From positions 64,001 to 128,000 of the IMG/VR virus record IMGVR_UViG_3300025150_000003: a stretch of DNA of 64,000 nucleotides; one strand, given 5' to 3'. How positions within the stretch are numbered: the first letter of the stretch is position 1; each line of letters begins with the position of its first letter. The notes below the pieces were generated by a model. It saw nothing but the letters and a program-made list of their open reading frames with translations, did no database searches and was not told the origin of the DNA. Made by a program: the position numbers and the translations under genes. Origin of the DNA: a virus. Shown here one piece after another: positions 8,563 to 16,647 of this stretch.

Positions 8563-9806
8563 CGACCACCCTCGTTCTTCCGACCTTTCTTAGCCCACTT
8601 CGCCTGTTTCTGCTTGGCCACCCGCTCTTCCTTTGAGAGCGCTCCCGTCATCCATTTCGGAAGCTCGGCGGCGTTGCCGCCCAGTTCCTCCACGGACGGG
8701 AAGTCCTCAAGTAGATCATCCGGGTTGAAGGTGTCATCTTCGAGCTTGCCCACTCCGTCAGGCACCAGCTTCGGCGTATGAGCCGCAGCCATCAAAGCAT
8801 CCACGCTGAACTCGTCATCATCCTCATCCGGCTCCGGAATCTCCCCCTCGTAGGCTTCCCCATCATCCTCCATGGGCATTGACAAGAAGGTCTTGACCTC
8901 TTCGGGAGGCTGATAGGGAGCCCTGGGAGCCCCCTCTTGAACCATCCCACCCTTACGGCGGGTGTAGGGGGCAGCAGCACCCCCAGAGCCGCTAGTGGGG
9001 CTTGCAGGCGTCACACCGGGCTTCCTGCTGGCTGGGTACTGCTGAGCGGCCGTGGCAGGCTCGTTGCTCACCCTCTCGTCTTCCAGACGAACCCGACGGA
9101 AGCCGTCAAGAATCTCTAGGACCTGTGGGCTGTGACACTTGTGAGAGACGCTGCTCAGGGGAGAGGCATAGGAGTCCACGACCCAGGTGGGTTTCCCCTG
9201 CTGCTCTCGCTCGTTCAATGCCTCCGCAAGCACGTTGGCCATCTCCTTGTTGGCGGCTGCCTTGACCCCCAGCACGATGATGAGCAGATCGAAGGGGACC
9301 ACCAGGTCAACCAGGGTGACAAAGTGCTCTGAGGGTCGGTCCCTCTGTTGACCCTCCCGCTCCAGAAGCACGTCAGAGTCGTACACCGACTTCGCAGTGT
9401 TCAACCACGCGGTCATCAACGTGGCATCAGCGACCACCCGAGCATCCCATTGGGGACCCATACGGAAGGCCACGAACCTGAGGTGCCGGCGAAAATCGAA
9501 AGAGGAGGCCGTGATCCAGAGGCTCTGCTTGGTGCGGCCGAACAAGGGACTAGCGTCCACCGAATCCACGTTGAGAAGGACCTTCCAGACCCGCTTGACG
9601 TTGGCGAGTAGGTCCCGCTTGAAGACACAGGTGCAGTTCTGCGTACCTCCCCCGGGCCACATCACCCCACCACCCACGTCCGCCATGACGGGGATCACTC
9701 CCCTCCCCTTGCAGGTGGGACAGTCCTTGTCCCCGTTGCCTGTGGGGAAATCGAGCAGGGGGTGCTCATAGTGGATGTCCGGCCGCTCTGGCTTCCTGTC
9801 CGTCAT
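8559..9806 (-). CDS. DnaC/DnaI/IstB-like helicase-loader homologue with degenerate Walker motifs and an acidic C-terminal tail
   Basis: N-terminal CPTCKGRG...CTC zinc site. DLLIIVLG...EALNEREQQGKPTWVVDS matches the loader pattern DLLILDDLG...R...PTiiTSN. The gene is coupled to dnaB by an ATGA overlap. Confidence 0.65.
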   Translation of the reverse strand: MTDRKPERPDIHYEHPLLDFPTGNGDKDCPTCKGRGVIPVMADVGGGVMWPGGGTQNCTCVFKRDLLANVKRVWKVLLNVDSVDASPLFGRTKQSLWITASSFDFRRHLRFVAFRMGPQWDARVVADATLMTAWLNTAKSVYDSDVLLEREGQQRDRPSEHFVTLVDLVVPFDLLIIVLGVKAAANKEMANVLAEALNEREQQGKPTWVVDSYASPLSSVSHKCHSPQVLEILDGFRRVRLEDERVSNEPATAAQQYPASRKPGVTPASPTSGSGGAAAPYTRRKGGMVQEGAPRAPYQPPEEVKTFLSMPMEDDGEAYEGEIPEPDEDDDEFSVDALMAAAHTPKLVPDGVGKLEDDTFNPDDLLEDFPSVEELGGNAAELPKWMTGALSKEERVAKQKQAKWAKKGRKNEGGR

Positions 9807-11419
9807 ACTTTTGCATCCGCCTGTAGTGCACCGAAGATGTCGTTGATCTCACTGCTCACGTCGATGCGGTCCTTCCCAGTTCCCTTCGCTGTACCCTTCA
9901 GCCGCTCCCCGAGAACCGCCTCGATGAGTTTCATCTTCGACTCAATGACGTCCATGACCCTCTGGTCGATGGTGCCCTTGCCGCTCTTGAGCTTGGCAAC
10001 GAGGTGCAAGGCGAGAACGTTGTCGTGCAGAGACCCAATGCGGATCATGCGGCCGATGATCTGAATGTAGTCCCCCGCTGACCAGGGCGTGTCGTAGAAG
10101 ATGATGGCCTTTGCTGCTTGGAGGTTGATGGCGTCGCCACCGGCCATCGTGATGCAGATCACTTTGCAGGGGTCATCGACATTCTGGAACCGGTCCTGGG
10201 CCTTCTGCCGTTGGTCTCCAGACTCATCACCTGTGACCCGAACGGGGTCAAGCCCGGCCTTCTTCAGGGCTGGCATCAGGAGGTTGACCATCTTCTTGAA
10301 CCGAGAGAAGACGATAACCTTCTCCCCCGCGAGGTCCCCTTCGGTCAGTAGCTCGATTAGGGCGGTGAGCTTCTCCGAAGAACCTTCACAGCCGATCAGG
10401 TCAGGATGGTTGACGATCTGCTGGCAGTAGGAGATCGCCGTGAGCTTGGTGACCTCCTTTTCCTCTTCCCCCTCGGGCCTCTTTTCCCCCACGGTGAGAA
10501 GGCCCGTAAGAGCCTCTGAATACTTGGCCTCCTGCATCGGAGACATCCCAACCTCGAACACCTCTCGGGTCAGGGTTGGCAACTCGTCTGCCACGTCGTG
10601 CTTGGGTCGGCCCAGGTAGTAGGGTGTGATGAAACCACGGAACTCCTCGACCTTCTCAGGATAGTAGCCCACGATGCGAGGGACTTTGCGACCCTTGCCG
10701 ATGGCCATCATCTCGACGATGCAGTAGTAGCGCATGAAGCTATCGGCAGATCCGAACAAGCCCGGTACGACCACCTGATAGATGCCGTGCCCTTCCATCA
10801 GGTGATTCTTGATGAGCGTGGCGGTCAGAGCCCAGGTCCGATCAGCCATCGTGCTGAGGTGCCGGACCACCTGATGAACCTGGGTCTTCGGATTCTTGAA
10901 CGCGGTGGCCTCGTCCGTCACGAGAATGAAGCCCTCGTCGTTCTGGAGCTTGCGGATGTCGTTCACCACAGCTCGATAGCCCATCACCATCACGGACGGC
11001 TTGTCGCTCTTGCGCCAGGCAGCATAGGCGTCTTCTCGCTGTTGACGACTGCCATTGGCGACGATGACCCGGACACCACGGGTGAACTTGCCAAATTCCT
11101 TAGCCCACTGTGGGGTTGCGGACTTCGTCGTCAGGACCAGCACCTTCCGAGAAGGTTCCTTCTCCCAGATGTAGCACAGAGCTGCGATCGTCTGGAGGGT
11201 CTTCCCGAGGCCAGTATCATCCCCGAGAAGAAACCGCTTCATGAAGATCAAGTGCAGGATGCCTTGCACCTGGTAGTAGCGGATGTTCAACTCACGTTCG
11301 AAACCTGTGAAGTCGGTGAACGTTTTCTTGAGGTGCGGAGTTGCCTTGAGCTTCAGATCGGTCCGCTCACGGATCGTCTGTAGCTTGGCGGCAACCCGCT
11401 GGATACGGTCGTCGGTCAT
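9803..11419 (-). CDS. SNF2-family (SF2) helicase
   Basis: GDDTGLGKT, VTDEAT, LTATL, KVIVFSRF, AGGDAINLQ and QIIGRMIRIG. ATG 11419 with GGAG upstream (the track uses GTG 11449). Confidence 0.92.
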   Translation of the reverse strand: MTDDRIQRVAAKLQTIRERTDLKLKATPHLKKTFTDFTGFERELNIRYYQVQGILHLIFMKRFLLGDDTGLGKTLQTIAALCYIWEKEPSRKVLVLTTKSATPQWAKEFGKFTRGVRVIVANGSRQQREDAYAAWRKSDKPSVMVMGYRAVVNDIRKLQNDEGFILVTDEATAFKNPKTQVHQVVRHLSTMADRTWALTATLIKNHLMEGHGIYQVVVPGLFGSADSFMRYYCIVEMMAIGKGRKVPRIVGYYPEKVEEFRGFITPYYLGRPKHDVADELPTLTREVFEVGMSPMQEAKYSEALTGLLTVGEKRPEGEEEKEVTKLTAISYCQQIVNHPDLIGCEGSSEKLTALIELLTEGDLAGEKVIVFSRFKKMVNLLMPALKKAGLDPVRVTGDESGDQRQKAQDRFQNVDDPCKVICITMAGGDAINLQAAKAIIFYDTPWSAGDYIQIIGRMIRIGSLHDNVLALHLVAKLKSGKGTIDQRVMDVIESKMKLIEAVLGERLKGTAKGTGKDRIDVSSEINDIFGALQADAKV

Positions 11420-11491
11420 AGGTTCTCCGTCGCGTCGGCGTGTTGCCACCCCCTCTATACGCGATCGGCTTCCCCAATGAACCTACCTTGC

Positions 11492-12076
11492 TCAGAGCGG
11501 TAGCAACCGTACCACTCGCCGGAGCAATTCACCGTCTCGGAACATGCTCGACTGGAGGCTGAGCACCTGACGGAAACTCTTCCGCAAGAACTCGAACTCG
11601 TCACCTTTCTTGACCTGACCGTTGGTCAGCTTGGGGACCAACTTCTCCTGGCTCTTCAAGGCCGCCTTGTATGAGGTCAGGAGAGCCGGATACATCGATC
11701 GGAGTGACCAAGTGGCCATGTGGAGGGCAAGGGAGTCCGTAGCGGAGTCCGTGGCAGGGTCGTCAGCCACCTGGAGGGCGCCCCGATAGGCCGGCATCGT
11801 CCCGGTGCGTTCCATGATGAACACCATCAGGTCGAGCGCTGCAAACTCCTTTTGACCCATCCGTGGTAGACCAGCCTTTGTGGCCAACGCCCAGAAGACG
11901 TAGGGCAGCATATTGGGTCCCACACCCAGCCGATTGGCCTCTGTCACGATCTCCCGCACAGCCGCCTTACCCACCTCGGCCAGGTGGGCGTCCAGGCTCT
12001 TCCCAACACCCAACATCAGGATGTCTTCGGAACGGTTAGCCAAGCGGACCATCATCTGTTGCATCGGGGCCTCCAC
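11492..12076 (-). CDS. Hypothetical helical protein
   Basis: 194-aa ORF filling the gap, with the codon bias of its neighbours. No motif recognised. Confidence 0.7.
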   Translation of the reverse strand: MEAPMQQMMVRLANRSEDILMLGVGKSLDAHLAEVGKAAVREIVTEANRLGVGPNMLPYVFWALATKAGLPRMGQKEFAALDLMVFIMERTGTMPAYRGALQVADDPATDSATDSLALHMATWSLRSMYPALLTSYKAALKSQEKLVPKLTNGQVKKGDEFEFLRKSFRQVLSLQSSMFRDGELLRRVVRLLPL

Positions 12077-12088
12077 CTATCCAGCCCC

Positions 12089-12103
12089 ATAGGCACCCTA
12101 CCG
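12089..12103 (-). promoter_or_regulatory. Candidate second-class promoter CGNT-N7-CTAT
   Basis: CGGT-agggtgc-CTAT upstream of 12076. Confidence 0.5.
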
Positions 12104-12589
12104 TGACTTATACCGGGAGTCCAAGAAGTCGAGGAAACCCGGAGGGGGTTGCTTCTTCTGCCTCCGGACCTTGGGCTGGACCTCGGGAATGAGGATAACT
12201 TCAGGCTCGGGGATAGGTTCAGGCTCGGGGATGGGTTCTGGCTCGGGAGTGGGAGTCAGTTTGGGGGCCATCTCGGGCGTGGGGACTGCCAAAGCCTCCT
12301 CAGTATCCTCGAACTCGATTTCTGGCTCGACCTGTGGCTCCTCGTGCCGGGTGACGGAATAGAACGCTGCGTACAACACCTTGTGGGAGCCATCGAGCAA
12401 CCCGTACTTGCTCTTGAGGGGTCGGGTGACGACGTGATCCTTGTGCACCGATGCCACGAAGCGGCCGTGGATGGGGCCATCCAGGTTGAACTCCAACCAG
12501 TCCCCGGGCTGGACGGACTGAGCTATCCCCACACGAGGACGTCCCTTGCCATGGGACTTGGCCCGGAAAATGGTCTGTTTCGTGTCCAT
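12098..12589 (-). CDS. Hypothetical protein with Pro/Glu-rich linker
   Basis: MDTKQTIFRAK start overlaps the upstream stop (TGATG at 12591-12587). Contains PEPEPI repeats and ends GFLDFLDSRYKSR. Confidence 0.75.
   Translation of the reverse strand: MDTKQTIFRAKSHGKGRPRVGIAQSVQPGDWLEFNLDGPIHGRFVASVHKDHVVTRPLKSKYGLLDGSHKVLYAAFYSVTRHEEPQVEPEIEFEDTEEALAVPTPEMAPKLTPTPEPEPIPEPEPIPEPEVILIPEVQPKVRRQKKQPPPGFLDFLDSRYKSR
12201..12250 (-). repeat. 18-bp coding tandem repeat (PEPEPI, about 2.5-3 copies)
   Basis: The unit caggctcggggat(a/g)ggtt repeats in tandem. Confidence 0.8.
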
Positions 12590-13461
12590 CAAAGCCCACT
12601 GATCTGGATGTGAGGATACTCCGCCACGAGGTCGCGAGCACCCTGCTTGGTCAGGTCCAGCACCTTGCCCCCGGCTACGTTCAAAGCGTGCCAGACACCC
12701 TGCCCCTTGGGCACAAGCTGGACGATCTGTCCGTAGGGGCCAGGCACTGCCACCAGGGGTGTGGCCCCTATTCCGATCTGTTGCCGGAGCCACTCAACGA
12801 TTGCGACGAACAGGCCCCTGTCACCGCAGTGGGCATGAAAGACGTGCTCCAGATTCTGTGGCCCTTGCGTCCCCCACCAGGTGGTGACCGAACGAGCCAT
12901 GAACTTGGAGCAGAACAGCGTGAAATCTGACTTGAACGACGAGAAGGCGGACCCCATCCAGGTGGCGGGGTACACGTCGAATACGACTTCGATGACGGAG
13001 CCCTTGATCCGAACCATGACGCGGCCCTTGTCACAGCGCCACTTGTCCCCCAGCTTCATGAGCTGGGGAAGGGTCGGCTGAGAGACCGGGACCACCGGCT
13101 TGGGGGCTGTCACCGGCTGCTGGACAGGCATCATCTTGGCACCCGGCCACGCCGGGGTCGCCTGTGCCACACCCGCGATGGTGGACGGCTGAACCCGGAC
13201 GAACGGGGTGTCCACGTAGATGTAGCCCTTGGCTACCTTCTCGGGGCACTTCTGCTCGACATAGACCCAGTCCTTCACGATGATCTGGGGTTTGCTCCCC
13301 ACACGGCCATAGTGAACCTCGACTGGTTCATGGCGGCTCCGACCCGTACAGAGCCAGAACTTGTGACTGTTGCTGGCAGGGTCGCGCAGTTCCAGCCGGA
13401 AGGTCCAGGCCTTCCCCCGACCCATCAGAGTCCTGGCATCGGTTACGGTCAAAATCGACAT
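12589..13461 (-). CDS. WGR-domain protein
   Basis: LELRDPASNSHKFW...VEVHYGRVGSKPQ...EKVAKGY is the WGR pattern. GGAGG RBS. Confidence 0.8.
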   Translation of the reverse strand: MSILTVTDARTLMGRGKAWTFRLELRDPASNSHKFWLCTGRSRHEPVEVHYGRVGSKPQIIVKDWVYVEQKCPEKVAKGYIYVDTPFVRVQPSTIAGVAQATPAWPGAKMMPVQQPVTAPKPVVPVSQPTLPQLMKLGDKWRCDKGRVMVRIKGSVIEVVFDVYPATWMGSAFSSFKSDFTLFCSKFMARSVTTWWGTQGPQNLEHVFHAHCGDRGLFVAIVEWLRQQIGIGATPLVAVPGPYGQIVQLVPKGQGVWHALNVAGGKVLDLTKQGARDLVAEYPHIQISGL

Positions 13462-13482
13462 GGTGTGCCTCCAGGCATAGTT

Positions 13483-13512
13483 CTACTACGGATCGGGCTC
13501 CGATGTTGAGCC
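13483..13512 (-). promoter_or_regulatory. Candidate early promoter, copy 1
   Basis: GGCTCAAC-atcggagcccgatc-CGTAGTAG, ending 21 nt upstream of ATG 13461. Confidence 0.75.
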
Positions 13513-13853
13513 TAGAACTCTCCGTCGTCGAAGCAGCCATAGTCCTCGTCGGTGCCGAAGCCCGCAGAGGCCAGGGCGCTTGCTGCATCCCCGTCCATGT
13601 CGTCCGTCCAGTTCTCCTCGACGAGGTAGTAGTCATCGCCGTAGAACCGGCTGATGTCCGCGAGGAACCACTGGGGCTCAGCCTTCACCATCTCGGCGAG
13701 GCTGTTGTAGTCGGTGTTCTGTGACCAGTTGGACTCGGTCACCCGAGTCTCCCAGTCGTAACAGGAAGCGATCGAGGCCACGTCAGCCTCCGTCAGACCG
13801 TAGTTGGTCGGCGGGTCTTCGGTGCTCAGTAGGGCTGCCAGTACGTCTTTCAT
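13512..13853 (-). CDS. Small acidic hypothetical protein
   Basis: 113 aa, Asp/Glu-rich, ending DGDAASALASAGFGTDEDYGCFDDGEF. Confidence 0.8.
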   Translation of the reverse strand: MKDVLAALLSTEDPPTNYGLTEADVASIASCYDWETRVTESNWSQNTDYNSLAEMVKAEPQWFLADISRFYGDDYYLVEENWTDDMDGDAASALASAGFGTDEDYGCFDDGEF

Positions 13854-13899
13854 CAGGGACCTCTGTCGTTTCTCACACCACTATCACGGGTGGCTTCAC

Positions 13900-14259
13900 C
13901 TAGAACAGGTGGTAGAAAGAGTGGTTCTGGTTGCCGGTGTAGGCCCTGGCGAAGTCACAGATGACCTGCTGAGCCTGATACCGGGGCTCCGTGTCGCACG
14001 ACCCGTAGATGGTGTTCGAACGGGCGTTGCGGGCCTCAGCATGGACGCCATCGGCAGCCAGGATCGCCTTGTTGAGGTCCTTAGTGGACTTGAAAACCCG
14101 GATGAACTCAGCGAACGACCGCTTGAGAGCCCCCGTGAGTCGGCGAGCCGAGAGGCCACATCCCGACCGGGAGTAGATCTCCCAGTCGAGGGCCGTCACC
14201 GGGATGCGGATGCTGATCTCGGTGCCGAACTGGTTCTGGAAGGTGTGGATCGTGCTCAT
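13900..14259 (-). CDS. Hypothetical protein
   Basis: ATG 14259 (MSTIHTFQNQFG) follows AGGAGG and promoter copy 2. Confidence 0.8.
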   Translation of the reverse strand: MSTIHTFQNQFGTEISIRIPVTALDWEIYSRSGCGLSARRLTGALKRSFAEFIRVFKSTKDLNKAILAADGVHAEARNARSNTIYGSCDTEPRYQAQQVICDFARAYTGNQNHSFYHLF

Positions 14260-14281
14260 GGGGTCCTCCTGTGTTCTGAAC

Positions 14282-14312
14282 CTACTACGGACGAGAACCG
14301 GAAGTTGAGCCC
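14282..14312 (-). promoter_or_regulatory. Candidate early promoter, copy 2 (31-bp exact repeat of copy 3)
   Basis: GGGCTCAAC-ttccggttctcgtc-CGTAGTAG. Confidence 0.8.
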
Positions 14313-14800
14313 TGGATCTCCTGAGCCGCACTCGACCATGCAGCCCTGGTGACCTTGTGGGTTGCCTCGGAGGCCAGCCCCTCCAATGCCGTGACAACTC
14401 GGGCCACGACATCTTCGAGGGTATCACCGTCGAGGGGCTTCATCAGGCGTCGATGATAGTCGATCTCGCCCACGTAGAACTTCGTGTGGCCCGCATCGAA
14501 CTCTCTGCTGGCAGGGGATGCCTTTCGGCTCCGGCCAATGAACCACGGGGGACGGTGGCTGTCGAGCGCTCGACTGACTCGTTTGTGAAGGTCACACAAC
14601 TCCGGGGAGTAGGTGTAGGGCGTCGGCCCACCGGTCTTACGGATGAGGGCACGACCCGAGTAGCAAGACCGAAACGCCTCCGGTGGGGACTTGTACTCGA
14701 CCAGCTCGAAGCCCTGGCTTCGATACTCGATGGCAGTTCGAGCCTCGACCCACATCTCGGTGGGCGGCAAGGTCGTCGTGATGTAGGTGATCTGCGTCAT
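14285..14800 (-). CDS. Hypothetical protein
   Basis: 171 aa with a purine-rich RBS. Its stop codon lies inside promoter copy 2. Confidence 0.7.
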   Translation of the reverse strand: MTQITYITTTLPPTEMWVEARTAIEYRSQGFELVEYKSPPEAFRSCYSGRALIRKTGGPTPYTYSPELCDLHKRVSRALDSHRPPWFIGRSRKASPASREFDAGHTKFYVGEIDYHRRLMKPLDGDTLEDVVARVVTALEGLASEATHKVTRAAWSSAAQEIQGSTSGSRP

Positions 14801-14824
14801 GCTCTCCCTCTCCTGGTTACAGGG

Positions 14825-14855
14825 CTACTACGGACGAGAACCGGAAGTTGAGCCC
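14825..14855 (-). promoter_or_regulatory. Candidate early promoter, copy 3
   Basis: Identical to copy 2 over 31 bp and back-to-back with copy 4. Confidence 0.8.
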
Positions 14856-14867
14856 CACAACTTTTTA

Positions 14868-14898
14868 GGGCTCAACTTCGTGAAGTCCTCCGTAGTAG
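14868..14898 (+). promoter_or_regulatory. Candidate early promoter, copy 4
   Basis: GGGCTCAAC-ttcgtgaagtcctc-CGTAGTAG followed by GGAGGACAAG-ATG. Confidence 0.8.
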
Positions 14899-14923
14899 GT
14901 GCAGAACAGCAACGGAGGACAAG

Positions 14924-14959
14924 ATGAACAACGAAATCAGCGGAGTCCCGGTCGTATGA
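14924..14959 (+). CDS. 11-aa micro-ORF MNNEISGVPVV
   Basis: Strong GGAGG RBS after promoter copy 4. Its stop overlaps the next ATG (ATGA). Confidence 0.45.
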   Translation: MNNEISGVPVV

Positions 14960-15072
14960 CCAACCGATACCGCAACACCACCCCGAGCTTCGAGGACCGA
15001 CACCCGGTCCTCATGGGCAGCCTGTTCGTGGTCTGCATCGCGAGCCTCGGCTACCTGATGATGGCCCTCTGA
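14956..15072 (+). CDS. 38-aa single-pass membrane microprotein
   Basis: MTNRYRNTTPSFEDRHPVLMGSLFVVCIASLGYLMMAL. Almost all codons end in G or C. Below the ORF-track cutoff. Confidence 0.65.
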   Translation: MTNRYRNTTPSFEDRHPVLMGSLFVVCIASLGYLMMAL

Positions 15073-15077
15073 AAAGG

Positions 15078-15107
15078 GGCTCAAAACACACTGCCGCCCC
15101 GTAGTAG
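15078..15107 (+). promoter_or_regulatory. Candidate early promoter, copy 5
   Basis: GGCTCAAA-acacactgccgccc-CGTAGTAG upstream of GGAGGACAAG-ATG 15131. Confidence 0.75.
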
Positions 15108-15130
15108 GGTTGGACAAGATGGAGGACAAG

Positions 15131-16177
15131 ATGAACGCCGCTGAACTCGTGATCAACACCCCCGACCTGGCCCCGACCAAGGCCCGTGGGATGGCCAAGC
15201 TAGCCCCGGCGACCAACTCGTCCGCCGCCCATGCCGCCGCTGATGCCGCTGGCATCATCCGAGAGTGGGGCAAGGTCTACGACCTCACCGCCACCGAGTG
15301 CACCACCTGTGGCTCCCCCCTGCGGGACGCTGTGAGTGTCACCCGGGGCATCGGCCCCGTCTGCTCCGCCCACCACTACGAGATCAACTTCGACATCACG
15401 GCGGACATGGTCGAGGACGCCCTTGGCATCCTGTTCGCCAGCAACCTGGAGACACCGGTCAAGCTCGCGGCCAAGGCTCTCAAGGAGAAGCCCCGTGACC
15501 TCTGCAACATCCTGATCTGGTGGTCCTCGGCCCACCTCGACAACACCGAGGTCGTCCTCGACTGCGCCAGCATCGTGACCGCCCTCGGGTTCGTGACCCT
15601 CGGCGACAAAATGCGCGAGCGGAACACCAACATCATCGTCAGCACGACCGACGACGACTCGGGGGACTTCATCCTCCGCTGCCGTTCCAAGATGAACGTC
15701 CGCAGCAACATGCGGAAGGTCACCGAGGCCAGCAGCGTCGCCCGTGATGGCCGGTTCAAGTACGGCTGGCGGTTCCCGGCGAGCCGCAAGGCCCTCGTCT
15801 GGACCATCCTCGGTGAGGACTTCGGCGACCAGTGGGCGACTGTTCCGGGCAAGGACCTGAAGGCCGCAAGCCAGGTCGTCAAGGTCCCCCCCACCAACTG
15901 GCTCGATGTCCGTTCGGCTTTCCGAGCGACCTACGACCCGCCGAAGCCGGTCGAGCCTGCCAAGCCCCTCATCGTCCGCCCGGGTGACACCCGGGCCACC
16001 ATCGAGGTCTACACCCCATTCCGTCACTTCGGGTTCATCGCCGACTTCAAGGGTGCCATCCCCTACAATCACGGCAAGGGCTACTCCTGGAACCGGGAGA
16101 AGGGCTGCTGGGTCGTCGAGTCCCGGTTCGAGAGCAAGGTCCGCAGCCTCGTGGCTGACCACTTCGGAGACAACTGA
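15131..16177 (+). CDS. Zinc-ribbon (DUF6011-like) protein with C-terminal HARP-like domain
   Basis: CTTCGSPLRDAVSVTRGIGPVC, and TPF...FIADFKGAIP...YSWNREKGCWVV at the C-terminus. Very strong GC3 bias. Confidence 0.75.
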   Translation: MNAAELVINTPDLAPTKARGMAKLAPATNSSAAHAAADAAGIIREWGKVYDLTATECTTCGSPLRDAVSVTRGIGPVCSAHHYEINFDITADMVEDALGILFASNLETPVKLAAKALKEKPRDLCNILIWWSSAHLDNTEVVLDCASIVTALGFVTLGDKMRERNTNIIVSTTDDDSGDFILRCRSKMNVRSNMRKVTEASSVARDGRFKYGWRFPASRKALVWTILGEDFGDQWATVPGKDLKAASQVVKVPPTNWLDVRSAFRATYDPPKPVEPAKPLIVRPGDTRATIEVYTPFRHFGFIADFKGAIPYNHGKGYSWNREKGCWVVESRFESKVRSLVADHFGDN

Positions 16178-16178
16178 G

Positions 16179-16643
16179 ATGCTCACCCTTACCACCAAAG
16201 AAATCGCCGCCGAGTTCCTTGCCCCCTTCGTCGAGGAACAGCACACGGTCTTCTACAAAGCCCCAGGTCGAACCATCGGAAAGGCCTGGGGAGCTGGCCG
16301 CCTCAGCCAACAGGCGTGGGTGCCCGGTGAGATCCGCCGGAAGCTCGACATCTGGGAGTGGAAGGTGCTCCGCAACCCCACCTGGAACCGCAGTGGGGCG
16401 GTCAACACCAAGGAACAGGCCATCAAGGCTCTGACCAAGGAAGCCATCACCGCCCTGCCCCCGGCCTGGGGCTTCAGCCTGGACAACGAATACTTCGCCG
16501 TCCACGCCATCCCCGCCGAGATCGTGAACAGCTCGGAGTTCAACCCGTTCGGACTGCTCTCCCTCCCGGTCAGGGTCCGCGAGGTCATCTGGAACAAACT
16601 CGGGGACAAGATCCCCGCCCACATCAAGCCCCATTGCAGGTAG
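16179..16643 (+). CDS. Hypothetical protein
   Basis: ATG 16179 (MLTLTTKEIAAEF) lies 1 nt after the upstream stop. Strong codon bias. Confidence 0.8.
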   Translation: MLTLTTKEIAAEFLAPFVEEQHTVFYKAPGRTIGKAWGAGRLSQQAWVPGEIRRKLDIWEWKVLRNPTWNRSGAVNTKEQAIKALTKEAITALPPAWGFSLDNEYFAVHAIPAEIVNSSEFNPFGLLSLPVRVREVIWNKLGDKIPAHIKPHCR

Positions 16644-16647
16644 ATCC

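Noticed and set aside
13483-15107. Repeats of about 30 bp considered as a CRISPR array or att sites
   Set aside because: The spacing is gene-sized and irregular, both orientations occur, the middles vary, and no cas or integrase gene is present. They fit promoters better.
4697-16643. ORF-track start positions such as 5785, 4709, 12793, 14427, 15110 and 15906
   Set aside because: These extensions overlap neighbouring genes or promoters. Downstream ATGs with an RBS or stop-start coupling were used instead.
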